Source: Dehalococcoidia bacterium (GTDB taxonomy: Bacteria; Chloroflexota; Dehalococcoidia; Bin125). Taken from it: a DNA stretch of 64,000 nucleotides. The position numbers and the translations under genes were made by a program. Position 1 is the stretch's first letter. Each line of letters begins with the position of its first letter. Below are positions 1 to 9,764 of the stretch, one piece after another. The notes under the pieces are model-generated. The model was not told where the DNA came from and made no database searches. It saw only the letters and a program-made list of their open reading frames with translations. Location of the stretch: positions 224,001 through 288,000 of the forward strand of contig CAXXSR010000001.1 of the NCBI GenBank assembly GCA_963662615.2. Reading direction: 5' to 3'.

Positions 1-2
1 TC

Positions 3-665
3 CTGGAACCGGGCCTCTCCCTTGCCGAGATCGAGCGCATCGAGGCCGAGATCGAAGCCGACGGCCGCTTCTCCGCCATCGTCGCGAGCATCGGCGGCAT
101 GGCCTCCTTCCCCGCCCTCGTCCGCGATAGCCGTTCGTACGCTTCCACGGTGGAGATCATGGCGCACGAGTGGCTCCACCATTACCTCTACTTCTACCCG
201 CTGGGGCGCAACGTCTTCGCCAGCACGGAGCTTCGCTCCATCAATGAGACCGTCGCCGACACGATCGACGTGGAGATCGCCGCCCGAGTATTCGCGACGT
301 ATCCCGGCGTCGAGCTTCCCGCCAGGCCGCCGCCCGACCGTCCCGAGGCCGACGCCCTCCTGCGCCGGCTCCGTGTGGACGTCGACGCCCTCCTCGCCGA
401 AGGCGACGTGGAAGCGGCCGAGCGCCTCATGGAGCAGGTGCGGCTGGAGATCGCCGCCAGTGGCCGCCGCATCCGCCGCATCAATCAGGCCTTCTTCGCT
501 TTCAACGGCGTCTACGCCACCCGGCCTGAGGGCAGCACCAATCCGATCGGTCCCCTGGTCCGTGAACTCCGCGACAGCTCGCCTACCCTGCTTGACTTCG
601 TCGAAGCCGTTAGGGAGGTCGACTCGTTCGCGGAGCTGGAGGCGCTGCGCGAACGGCCGCGCTGA
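3..665 (+). CDS. HEXXH zinc-metallopeptidase-like protein, 5' end outside window
   Basis: Frame is open from nt 3; AHEWLH motif followed by an INETVA glutamate (gluzincin-like spacing). Confidence 0.6.
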   Translation: MEPGLSLAEIERIEAEIEADGRFSAIVASIGGMASFPALVRDSRSYASTVEIMAHEWLHHYLYFYPLGRNVFASTELRSINETVADTIDVEIAARVFATYPGVELPARPPPDRPEADALLRRLRVDVDALLAEGDVEAAERLMEQVRLEIAASGRRIRRINQAFFAFNGVYATRPEGSTNPIGPLVRELRDSSPTLLDFVEAVREVDSFAELEALRERPR

Positions 666-700
666 GGGGGCCACTGTGCGAGCTAGGGCCACCACGTGAG

Positions 701-3550
701 CTAAGGATCGCCGACGTCCTCGACGTTTTCGGGGCCGATCTCTGCGCTCGTCTCGTCGCCGCCCGTCAACGGAGCCTGGGCGGGCTCCCCCGCGGTATTC
801 GCGTCAGCGTCGACTGCGATCGTGACCCGTGATTCGACGATGATCGTGCCCAGGAAGTCGTCCTCCACTACTAGGCGCACGACATAAGGGCCGGGCGCGA
901 GATCGCCTGTCGCCCAGCGGCCCAGCTGCCCCGAGGCGATGGGCGTCTCGCTGGTCGCGAACTCCTGAAAGTCCTCCTCCACCGGCTTCTCTCCCGGGGC
1001 GAACGCCAGCGACCATGTCAGCAGTTCGTCACTGTCCGCCCGTCCGCGTACCAACACGAAGCCGCGCCCAAGTTCCGCGCCGTCCGCCGGCAAATCGATC
1101 CGCGCCGGCACCGCCTCCTCGCTGGACTCCTCATCGCGGAGGTAGCGGACCTTGTTGCGCCGCAACCACGTAATGATCTGCTCCTCCGGCGCCTCCGCGC
1201 CCACTGCTACCGGCGGGATCAGGAAGTAGTCATGTGCCACGAACTGCTCTGGGGTGTTCGCGCCGGCCCGAAGCAACATCCGCGCGTCTACGTGCGTGCG
1301 GAAGCAGATGCCGTTGCCCTTCGCGGGTACGCCGACGTCGGCGACGAACACGTCCGACGTCACATTCGCGCAGGGGTTCTGCGGGTCAACGTCGCGACGC
1401 TCTTCGTCCGGGCCCAGGAGACGCAGGCGTGGCACGAACACCTCCGCCCTCGTCAGCCCCTGAGGGACGGCAAACGCCGTTGGCGGCACGCCCTCGTGTG
1501 CCGCCAGCATGAAGTCGTGCCAGATCAGTCCGGCCGTGCGCGACGACGAGCCCCCGGTCATAGGGCTGTTGTCGGCGTTGCCCACCCATACCCCGGTCAC
1601 GAGATCCGGCGTGTACCCCACCGTCCAGAAGTCGCGACGGACATCGTTGCGGCCCGGATCGCCGGCCGTTCCGGTCTTCGCGGCCACCGGCCGGTCCAGC
1701 ACCAGGTTGCTGTTGAGGCCGTAGAGGATGGAGCGCGCCTGGTTGTCGGAGAGGATGTGTGTGATCTGGTACGCCTGCGCCGCGGGCAGCACACGTCGCT
1801 CCTCCGCTTGGCCTTGCTTGAAGAGCAGCCTGCCGCGCGAGTCACGGATCTCCAGGATGGAGATCGGGTCCAGCTCCCGGTATCCCGGCGGGAGATCCAG
1901 CACGCTCCGCTGGCCGTGGACCAGACCGGTGTTCGCGAAGGCGCTGTAGGCGAAGACCATGTCGAGCAGCGCGACGTCGCCGCCACCCAACGTGATCGAC
2001 GGGCCGTAGTTGCGCGGATCCCGCATCGTGGTGATGCCCATTTTGTGCGCCATATCCAGCACCGTCGCCGTGCCCAGCGCGTCCGCCGTGCGGAAGGCGG
2101 CAATGTTGATGGAGTTCGCCAGGGCGCTGCGGATCGTCACGGGACCGCGTTCCACCCCATCAAAGTTCTGCGGCGAGAAGATCGTGCCGTCCAGCTCCTC
2201 GAACTCCAGCGGCACGTCCCAGATGATGGTGGTGGGGTTCCAGACCTTCGGATCTTGGACGAACGCCGCCACGTACGTGATCGGCTTGATGGATGACCCC
2301 GGCGAATTGGGCGCAGTGGCCAGGTTGACCTGGCCGTCGATGTCCTCGCGGAAGAAGTCGCGGCTGCCCACCATGGCCAGGATCTCGCCGCTGCCTGGAT
2401 CCAGCGCCACCAAGGCGGCGTTGTGCGCGCCCGTCTCCTCCTCCACGCTCGCCAGATCGGCGCGGAGGATGCGCTCCGCCCGCTCCTGTAGCGTCATATC
2501 CAGTGTCGTGGTGATGCGCAAGCCGCCCTCCGGCAGCAGCTCCGAACAGTCTTGGATCTCCGGCGGCAGCGGGATCCGTCCACGATTGCACAGCGCCTCC
2601 ACTTGCTCGCGCGCGTACAGAACGAAGTGCGGCGCCTTGATCTCAAATTGGCGGCTGCGGAAGTTCAAGGGCGCGCGCTTGGCGGCCTCCGCCTCGCCGG
2701 CGCTGACGTAGTCGTTCCGCACCATCAGGTCCAGCACCAGCGCCTGTCGATCCTTCGTCGCGGGCAAGTTCGTGAAGGGGTCGTAGATCGCCGGCGCCTG
2801 CGGGATCCCAACCAGCAGCGACGCTTCCGACAGCGTCAACTCCGCGGCCGGCTTGCCGAAGTAGCGCTGGCTGGCTGCCCCCACGCCGTAGGAGAAATTG
2901 CCGTAGAAGATGGAGTTCAGGTACCACTCCAAGATCTGCGACTTGGAGTACTTCTCCGTCAGCTCCACCGCCAGGATCGCTTCTTTCAGCTTCGCTTCAG
3001 CACGGTCGATGGTGCGGCCGCTGCGCTCCTCGGGCGGGATCAGCACGTTCTTCACCAACTGTTGCGTGATGGACGATCCGCCGGACCCGCCCAGGAAGTC
3101 GGCGTCGCCCAGGCCCAAGTTCTCCACCGCCGCGCGCGCCAGTCCGCGCGTGTTGATCCCTCTGTTCTCCCAGAACGAGGCGTCCTCCGTGGCCACGGTC
3201 GCGTTGATCAGGTGCTCCGACACGTTCCCGATCCGGACGGGATTGCGCAGCCCGGACAGGGGGTCGGCGAACTCGAACAAGAGCGTCCCCTCCGGCCCCC
3301 CGCGGTCGAAGACTTTGCTGGTGCCCAAGGCGCGCTGCGTCTCCAGGATCGCTTCCGGCTCCACCAGGTCGTTGGCGAAGGAGCGATAGACGCCGTAGGC
3401 GGCTCCGGCGCTGCCGCCCACGACAACCAGCAGCACGATCCCCAGGCCAATGGGCCCCCACGCCCAGCGCGGCATCCCCCCCCGACCGCGCTGGCGCCGG
3501 CGGCGCTGTCGCACCCGCCCGATCGCCTGCTTGGTCCGCCGGTTCGTCAT
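701..3550 (-). CDS. Class A penicillin-binding protein (transglycosylase/transpeptidase, PBP1A family)
   Basis: N-terminal TM; EDASF, GGSSITQQLVKN and KLKE transglycosylase motifs; SSIK, SIN and KTG transpeptidase motifs; C-terminal Ig-like extension. Confidence 0.93.
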   Translation of the reverse strand: MTNRRTKQAIGRVRQRRRRQRGRGGMPRWAWGPIGLGIVLLVVVGGSAGAAYGVYRSFANDLVEPEAILETQRALGTSKVFDRGGPEGTLLFEFADPLSGLRNPVRIGNVSEHLINATVATEDASFWENRGINTRGLARAAVENLGLGDADFLGGSGGSSITQQLVKNVLIPPEERSGRTIDRAEAKLKEAILAVELTEKYSKSQILEWYLNSIFYGNFSYGVGAASQRYFGKPAAELTLSEASLLVGIPQAPAIYDPFTNLPATKDRQALVLDLMVRNDYVSAGEAEAAKRAPLNFRSRQFEIKAPHFVLYAREQVEALCNRGRIPLPPEIQDCSELLPEGGLRITTTLDMTLQERAERILRADLASVEEETGAHNAALVALDPGSGEILAMVGSRDFFREDIDGQVNLATAPNSPGSSIKPITYVAAFVQDPKVWNPTTIIWDVPLEFEELDGTIFSPQNFDGVERGPVTIRSALANSINIAAFRTADALGTATVLDMAHKMGITTMRDPRNYGPSITLGGGDVALLDMVFAYSAFANTGLVHGQRSVLDLPPGYRELDPISILEIRDSRGRLLFKQGQAEERRVLPAAQAYQITHILSDNQARSILYGLNSNLVLDRPVAAKTGTAGDPGRNDVRRDFWTVGYTPDLVTGVWVGNADNSPMTGGSSSRTAGLIWHDFMLAAHEGVPPTAFAVPQGLTRAEVFVPRLRLLGPDEERRDVDPQNPCANVTSDVFVADVGVPAKGNGICFRTHVDARMLLRAGANTPEQFVAHDYFLIPPVAVGAEAPEEQIITWLRRNKVRYLRDEESSEEAVPARIDLPADGAELGRGFVLVRGRADSDELLTWSLAFAPGEKPVEEDFQEFATSETPIASGQLGRWATGDLAPGPYVVRLVVEDDFLGTIIVESRVTIAVDADANTAGEPAQAPLTGGDETSAEIGPENVEDVGDP

Positions 3551-4470
3551 TTCGGCAGCTCGCGTGTGCGCTCATCGGGAGGCTTCTCCAGGATTCGGAA
3601 GTGGCTCAGCCCAAAGACGCGTAGCGGCGTTCGTTCCGCCGCGTGCAGCGTGATCTGGAGCAGACGCCCCAGCCGCTCCTGGCGCGCGCGAATCCCGTCG
3701 AAGCCGGGATACACCGCGCCCCGCATCACGGTCCGCAGAGGCAGCCCGCGCAGCAGCCGGTTCAGATCACCCGCGGTGTACGCGCGTGCGTGCGGCACCA
3801 GCCGGTCGCGCAGCACCCGCGGGAGATAGTTCACGAGGGGGTAGTTGCCGAAGCGGTAGCGTCCCCGCCAATAAATGCCGTGCGTCTCGAAGGGGAAGGC
3901 GCGATTGGGCGCGAAGATGACCACGTGGCCTCCCACCGGCACGACCCGCGCCGCCTCTCGCAGCGCCTGTCGCTCGTCCTGGACGTGTTCGATCACTTCA
4001 TTGAGCAGGACCACGTCGAAGGAGCCGTCGCGGAAAGGGAGCGCCTGCGCTGACGCCACGAGCAGCCCCGGCACCTGCTGCGTTCCCTCCGCCACGCGCG
4101 CCGGGTCCAGGTCAACGCCGTACACCGTCGCGGGAAGCTCTCGCAGGTGCCGCACGTACTGCCCCACGCCGCAACCGACGTCGAGGATGCGGCGGCCGGA
4201 CAGGGGGATGTGTTCGCTGATTCGCCGCACCCGCCGCGCCTGCCCCGGCCCCCACGTCAGGCTCGGGACCCCCAGCTCCACCCGGCTTCCCGGCGCCGTC
4301 GCAAAATCCCGCGCCGGCGACGATGCGCCCGTGCCCTTGTGGCTGGGATCGTTTGGGTCGGCGAACGAGGATTGCGCGACGGCGGGGGGCTCTTCGCGTT
4401 GTGCAAGGAGGTCGCGCGGGCGGGCCAACTCGAGAGCGTCCCTCGATCGACAGTCGTGAGGCGGTGTCAT
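3547..4470 (-). CDS. Class I SAM-dependent methyltransferase
   Basis: ILDVGCGVG motif I; LPFRDGSFDVV and EVIEH; ATG 4470 has a GAGG RBS and an upstream TGgTAGGCT -10; stop overlaps the PBP start (ATGA). Confidence 0.82.
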   Translation of the reverse strand: MTPPHDCRSRDALELARPRDLLAQREEPPAVAQSSFADPNDPSHKGTGASSPARDFATAPGSRVELGVPSLTWGPGQARRVRRISEHIPLSGRRILDVGCGVGQYVRHLRELPATVYGVDLDPARVAEGTQQVPGLLVASAQALPFRDGSFDVVLLNEVIEHVQDERQALREAARVVPVGGHVVIFAPNRAFPFETHGIYWRGRYRFGNYPLVNYLPRVLRDRLVPHARAYTAGDLNRLLRGLPLRTVMRGAVYPGFDGIRARQERLGRLLQITLHAAERTPLRVFGLSHFRILEKPPDERTRELPK

Positions 4471-4665
4471 GCAGCCTCGCCGAGTTCGGCCCCGCGCCCG
4501 ATCCAGCCTACCATTCCGTATCCCGTCCTTCCCGCGCGCCCCGGTCCGGGCCGGCCGGCCGTCCCCACCCGGCCTGGACGCGACGGCGAGTCCATATACT
4601 GGAGCGAGCGCGTGTGGGGCGGCTCGCGCCCGCGTGGCGTAGTGCGACGGATGCGGAGCAACGCT

Positions 4666-4980
4666 GTGGCAGAAGAGACGTCCTCCCCTGATTCGGGCCT
4701 CAGTCTGGACGAGGTGCGTCATATGGCCGCCCTGGCCCGTATTGGCATGACGGACGCCGACCTGGAGAAGTTCCGTACCGAGCTGTCGAGCATTCTCGCC
4801 CACTTCGACGTGCTCGCCCGCATCGATACGACGGACGTCGAGCCGACCGCCAACGGCGCCGACCTCCTCAACGTGACGGCGCCCGATCGGGCGCGCCCCT
4901 CGCTCTCCGACAGCGACGTCTTTGCCAACGCCCCCGCGCAGGAGGGCTCCCTCTTTCGGGTCAAGGCGGTGCTGGAGTAA
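4666..4980 (+). CDS. gatC: Asp/Glu-tRNA amidotransferase subunit C
   Basis: [15 protein letters not shown]...NAP...FRVKAVLE; GTG 4666 with GGAG RBS (ATG 4651 is an alternative); TAATG coupling to gatA. Confidence 0.92.
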   Translation: MAEETSSPDSGLSLDEVRHMAALARIGMTDADLEKFRTELSSILAHFDVLARIDTTDVEPTANGADLLNVTAPDRARPSLSDSDVFANAPAQEGSLFRVKAVLE

Positions 4981-6518
4981 TGCCCCGCGATCCCCGCCCG
5001 GGCGATGGCGAGGGCAAGGGTGAAGGCGCCGGGGCATCGCAAATCGATCCGTATCCGACGCTCGCCGGCGGGGCGGCGGGGCTCCGCGAGGGCCGTTTCA
5101 GCGCGACCCAACTCGCGCAAGCCGCTCTGGCCCGCATCGCCGCCGTCGATGACGAGATCAAAGCGTTTATCACCGTGATGGAGGAGGACGCGCTCGCCGC
5201 CGCCGCCGCCGCCGACCGCTCCCTCGCCAACGGCGACGCGGGGCCGCTCACAGGCATCCCCGTCGCCATTAAGGACCTAATCGCCATCAAGGGCGTCCGC
5301 ACCACCTGCGCCTCACGGATGCTGGAGCAGTATGTGGCCGTGGAGGACGCGTTCGTGATCCGCCAACTGCGGCAGGCGGGCGCGGTCCTCGTGGGCAAGA
5401 CCAACCTGGACGAATTCGCTATGGGCTCCTCCACCGAGCATTCGGCCTTCTTTCCCACCGCCAATCCCTGGGACGTGGAGCGCGTCCCGGGCGGCTCCTC
5501 GGGCGGCTCGGCTGCCGCCGTCGCGGCTGGGGAGGCGATCGTCTCCTTGGGCTCCGATACGGGCGGCTCCATTCGCCAGCCGGGCGCGTTCTGCGGTGTG
5601 GTGGGGATGAAGCCCACGTATGGCCGGGTCAGCCGCTACGGCCTGGTGGCGTTCGCCAGCTCCCTGGACCAGATCGGTCCCTTCGCCCGCACCGTCCAGG
5701 ACGCCGCCACGCTGCTGCAGGTGGTGGCCGGCCACGACCCGGCCGATTCCATCTCCGCCGACCTCCCCGTCCCGGACTTCGCCGCCGATCTCGACAAGGG
5801 CCTCGACGGCCTCACCGTGGCGGCGCCGCGGGAATATTTCGGCAAGGACGGCTCCACGGAGCCGGAGCGCATGCAACCGGACGTCGCGCAGGCGGTGGAG
5901 AGCGCCCTGGAGACGCTCACCGGCCTCGGCGCCACGATCGACCGCGACGCCTCCCTCCCCACGTCGGCGGATGCCTTGCCCGTCTACTACGTCATCGCCC
6001 CGTCGGAAGCCTCCGCCAACCTCGCCCGCTATGACGGTGTCACCTACGGCTACTCCTACCAGGAGGGCGACTCCATGTGGGAGGACATGGAGAAGACCCG
6101 GCAGCACGGCTTCGGCGACGAGGTCAAGCGCCGCATCATGCTGGGCACCTACGCCCTCTCCGCCGGCTACTACGACGCCTACTACCTCAAAGCGCAGAAG
6201 GTACGCACGCTGATCCGACGCGAATTCGCGCAGCTCTTCCAGCGCGCCCAGCTGATCGTGACGCCCACGGCGCCCACCGTCGCCTTCAAGCTGGGCGCCG
6301 TCACCGACCCCTACGAGATGTACCTGAACGACATCTTCACCATCCCCGTGAACATCGCCGGGCTCCCGGCCATCTCCATCCCTTGCGGCTTCGGCCGCGA
6401 CGGGCTGCCCGTGGGGCTGCAGCTCATCGCCAACAGCTGGGACGAGCAGACGCTCTTCCGCGCCGCCTACGCCTACCAGCAAGCCACCGACTGGCACACG
6501 AAGCACCCGCAACTCTAG
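4980..6518 (+). CDS. gatA: Asp/Glu-tRNA amidotransferase subunit A
   Basis: [55 protein letters not shown]. Confidence 0.97.
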   Translation: MPRDPRPGDGEGKGEGAGASQIDPYPTLAGGAAGLREGRFSATQLAQAALARIAAVDDEIKAFITVMEEDALAAAAAADRSLANGDAGPLTGIPVAIKDLIAIKGVRTTCASRMLEQYVAVEDAFVIRQLRQAGAVLVGKTNLDEFAMGSSTEHSAFFPTANPWDVERVPGGSSGGSAAAVAAGEAIVSLGSDTGGSIRQPGAFCGVVGMKPTYGRVSRYGLVAFASSLDQIGPFARTVQDAATLLQVVAGHDPADSISADLPVPDFAADLDKGLDGLTVAAPREYFGKDGSTEPERMQPDVAQAVESALETLTGLGATIDRDASLPTSADALPVYYVIAPSEASANLARYDGVTYGYSYQEGDSMWEDMEKTRQHGFGDEVKRRIMLGTYALSAGYYDAYYLKAQKVRTLIRREFAQLFQRAQLIVTPTAPTVAFKLGAVTDPYEMYLNDIFTIPVNIAGLPAISIPCGFGRDGLPVGLQLIANSWDEQTLFRAAYAYQQATDWHTKHPQL

Positions 6519-6525
6519 GTGTGTG

Positions 6526-7141
6526 ATGGACCAGAGACTCAGTGAGCTCATTTATCACGGTCGCGAGGAGCGTAACCTCGAAAACAAGACTGGCATGCCG
6601 TGGAACGCGGATCCGGACTACCGGGCAGAGGTCGCGGCGACGGCAATGGCAATGGCGAACATTCGCGACGGCGGAGTCATCGTGTTGGGGATCGGTCCGG
6701 ACACCTACCAACCAGCGCCTGGATCATGGGACACGTCTGGCTACACTCACGACATTATTGCCCGGTTCGTCAACGGCTACGCCTCGCCTGAGGTATCTCT
6801 GACGGTCACCGCCGTCCAGGATGATGAGCGACCGTTACCCAACGGGAACCTTCCAGACTTCGTCGTAATCGAGGTCCAGGAGTTCTTTGAGTATCCCGTC
6901 GTCTGTCGGCAGTCGGGGCAGGGTAAGCTTAAAGAAGGAGCGCTGCTCACCAGAGGCGTCGCTATGCATCAGACGCATGAGGTTTCACGAGAGGCCGAGA
7001 CACGCGAAATACTGGACCTAGCGGTTACAAAAGATGATGAGACGTCGGCGAGCTTGGCTGTCCGACGTTCAGCCTCCGCCCGATCTCCCCAGGCCCACCG
7101 ACGGCGAGCAATTCAATCGTGAACTTGAGGACTTCCGTTGA
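6526..7141 (+). CDS. Schlafen/AlbA_2-domain protein with a probable 1-nt frameshift near 7029-7032 (as sequenced the ORF stops at 7122)
   Basis: EERNLENK (ExxxExK) and AMANIRDGGVIVLGI motifs; removing one A gives a C-terminus ...TDGEQFNRELEDFR* whose TGA overlaps the next TTG; lower GC than flanks. Confidence 0.78.
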
Positions 7142-7836
7142 TTGAACTTGCGAGCATTAAGAATGAGCCTCACATGGCTCTTCGGATCCGCCCCCTGCCC
7201 TATCGCCGCGATCGTATGGAGGACATCGGCGAGGCCTGGCAAGTGGTAAAGAAGGCTCAGGTCAACTTAAGAGGATGGCCGTTCCCGTGGCTAACCGAAG
7301 GCGCGCGTGACGATCAGGGGGACGAAAAAGGGAATAACTACGTTGGCGCGTGGCTAGGTTGGACTCGAGAGGCAGGGAAATACAAAGAAAGTTGGCACTT
7401 CTACCTCTCAGGGCAGCTTGCTCACTATGCGACGTTGATGGAGGACGCAGTCGGCAAGTACCGCCGCAAGATCGAGACTATCGGACTTCTGTACACCATC
7501 ACGGAGTACTACGAGTTCGCGGCCAGGCTGGCGGAACAAGGAATTATCGATCAGGTGGCGCTGATCGAAGTGGCGCTGCGAAATGCAGACGGATACCGGC
7601 TGTTCACCCAGCACGGTATGCTGTCTCCCTATCAGTCTTTCTATGAACATGCGACGAGCAACCCGCAAATTGAGTTCGAGAGAAAAGTCGGTCGACAAAC
7701 ATTGCTCTCCTCACCACGAGAACCGGCTCTCAAGGATGCCGTGCGCATAATGCAACAGTTCGGCTTCAAAGAGCCGCCGATCCGAATCTTGGCGGAGGAG
7801 CAGCGGAAGCTCCTGGAGCGGCGCATCCTGGCGTAG
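7138..7836 (+). CDS. Hypothetical protein, partner of the Schlafen/AlbA_2 gene
   Basis: 232-aa ORF; TTG start with GAGG 7 nt upstream; LRGWPFP and ESWHFYLSGQ motifs; same low-GC codon usage as the upstream gene. Confidence 0.8.
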   Translation: MIELASIKNEPHMALRIRPLPYRRDRMEDIGEAWQVVKKAQVNLRGWPFPWLTEGARDDQGDEKGNNYVGAWLGWTREAGKYKESWHFYLSGQLAHYATLMEDAVGKYRRKIETIGLLYTITEYYEFAARLAEQGIIDQVALIEVALRNADGYRLFTQHGMLSPYQSFYEHATSNPQIEFERKVGRQTLLSSPREPALKDAVRIMQQFGFKEPPIRILAEEQRKLLERRILA

Positions 7837-7980
7837 GCAGGCGCACGCCCCTTCGTAGACGGCAGTCACCCCTCCCCATAGCATGAACGTCAGCGCTGCG
7901 GCCCGCGCTATCCCGCCCCCGTCGCTGCGGGCTCGTGCGACCCGCTCAGGCCGCGGTGCGGTTCGCGATTGGTGAAAAAC

Positions 7981-8460
7981 ATGGAACAGATCCTGCGGGC
8001 CCTGGAGCGCGACGGTCGCCTTACCCCCGCCCAGATCGCGGCGGAGACGGGACGATCGGAGGATGAGGTGCGCAACCTCATCGCGGAGGGAGAAGCGCGC
8101 CACTTCGTGCTCAGCTACGGCGCCAAGATCAACTGGGAGGCCGCCGGGCGCGACAGCGTCTACGCGCTCGTGGAGGTTCAGGCCCAGCCCGAGGAGAACG
8201 TCGGCTATAAGCCGGTTGCGGAGCGCGTGGCCCGCTTCGACGAGGTGCAGACCTGCTACTTCACGTCCGGCGAATACGACCTGGCCGTCATCGTCCGCGG
8301 CGAGTCCATGCACGAGATCTCGGACTTCGTGGGCGAGAAGCTGGCCACCATGCACGGGATCCAGCGCACCGTGACCCACGTGATCATGCGACGCTACAAG
8401 GAGGACGGCGTCAGCCTCCAGGGCGCCGACGCGAGTGACCGCCAGGCGGTCATGCTGTGA
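7981..8460 (+). CDS. Lrp/AsnC family transcriptional regulator
   Basis: N-terminal HTH (ILRALERDGRLTPAQIA); SGEYDL RAM-domain motif; coupled to an aminotransferase like the AlaR/AlaT (YugG/YugH) pair. Confidence 0.9.
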   Translation: MEQILRALERDGRLTPAQIAAETGRSEDEVRNLIAEGEARHFVLSYGAKINWEAAGRDSVYALVEVQAQPEENVGYKPVAERVARFDEVQTCYFTSGEYDLAVIVRGESMHEISDFVGEKLATMHGIQRTVTHVIMRRYKEDGVSLQGADASDRQAVML

Positions 8461-9728
8461 GCGTCCCCCCGCCTCTCGATGGGGCCGAGCCCCTGCTGTC
8501 CAGCCCCGAGGCGACGACCAGCGGCCCGGCCGGCCCCGCGGGCTCTCGCAGCCGCGCCGACCAGCGCCTCTCGCAGCGCACCCGCGCCATCCCAGCTTCC
8601 GGCATTCGACGCTTCTTCGACATCGTCGCCTCCATGGACGACGTCATCTCGCTCGGCGTGGGCGAGCCCGACTTCGTCACCCCCTGGCCCATGCGCGATG
8701 CCGCCATCCGCGCCGTGGAGGCGGGCCACACCCACTACACCTCCAATTTCGGTCTGGCTGAGCTGCGCGAGAAGCTCGCCCTCCATCTGGAGCGGCTCTA
8801 CGGCCTGCGCTACGACCCCTACGGGGAGCTGCTCATCACGAGCGGGGTCTCCGAGGCGCTCGACGTGGCGATGCGCGCCGTCGTCGATCCCGGCGACGAA
8901 GTGATCCTGGCCGATCCGTCATACGTGGCGTACGGGCCCGCGGTCAGCCTCGCCGGCGGCATCCCCATCCTTGTGCCAACCCACGCCGGCGATGGCTTCG
9001 CCCTCGACCCAGCCGCCGTGGAGGCCGCGGTGGGCCCTCGCACCAAGGCGATCCTGCTCGGCTATCCCGCCAACCCTACTGGCGCCGTCATGTCGCGCGA
9101 GGCGCTCAACGCCGTGGCCCGAGTCGCCCTGCGGCACGACCTCCTCGTCATCTCCGATGAGATCTACGACCGCCTCGTGTACGGAGTCGCTCACACCGCG
9201 GTCGCCTCCTTGCCCGGCATGCGCGACCGCACCATCACCCTGGGCGGCTTCTCCAAGGACTACGCCATGACCGGCTGGCGCGTGGGCTACGTGGGCGCGC
9301 CCTACGGACTGCTCGACGGGATCGTGCAGATCCACCAATACGTGATGATGTCCGCCCCCACGGCGGCGCAGTACGCCGCGCTGGAGGCGCTCACGAGCGG
9401 CGAGGAGTACGTCGTCACGATGCGTGAGGAGTACGACCGCCGCCGCCGGCTCATGTACCAGGGCTTCAGCCAGATCGGGCTGTCCTGCGTAGAGCCCCTG
9501 GGCGCCTTCTACTGCTTTCCCAACGTCACCGCGACCGGCCTGGACGACGAGACGTTCGCCGAGGAGCTGCTGTTGCAAGAGCGGGTCGCCGTCGTGCCCG
9601 GTTCCACCTTCGGCGAGGGTGGACGGGGCCACGTGCGGGCCTGCTACGCCACCGCCTACTCCGACATTGAACGGGCGCTGGAGCGGATCCGGCGCTTCGT
9701 CAGCGCGCGCAGTCCCGGAAGCAAATAG
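8457..9728 (+). CDS. PLP-dependent aminotransferase class I/II
   Basis: SLGVGEPDF, PANPTG, SDEIY, GFSKDYAMTGWRVG. Confidence 0.93.
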   Translation: MSVPPPLDGAEPLLSSPEATTSGPAGPAGSRSRADQRLSQRTRAIPASGIRRFFDIVASMDDVISLGVGEPDFVTPWPMRDAAIRAVEAGHTHYTSNFGLAELREKLALHLERLYGLRYDPYGELLITSGVSEALDVAMRAVVDPGDEVILADPSYVAYGPAVSLAGGIPILVPTHAGDGFALDPAAVEAAVGPRTKAILLGYPANPTGAVMSREALNAVARVALRHDLLVISDEIYDRLVYGVAHTAVASLPGMRDRTITLGGFSKDYAMTGWRVGYVGAPYGLLDGIVQIHQYVMMSAPTAAQYAALEALTSGEEYVVTMREEYDRRRRLMYQGFSQIGLSCVEPLGAFYCFPNVTATGLDDETFAEELLLQERVAVVPGSTFGEGGRGHVRACYATAYSDIERALERIRRFVSARSPGSK

Positions 9729-9764
9729 CGGACACAGCGTTCGCCGGCCGGCTGCACGCTTCCC

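Noticed and set aside
4147-5037. Long N-terminal extensions in the ORF track (gatC, methyltransferase; likewise rpe, argB, sod, peroxiredoxin)
   Set aside because: Low-complexity Arg/Pro/Gly extensions overlapping neighbours; downstream starts have better RBS or promoter support
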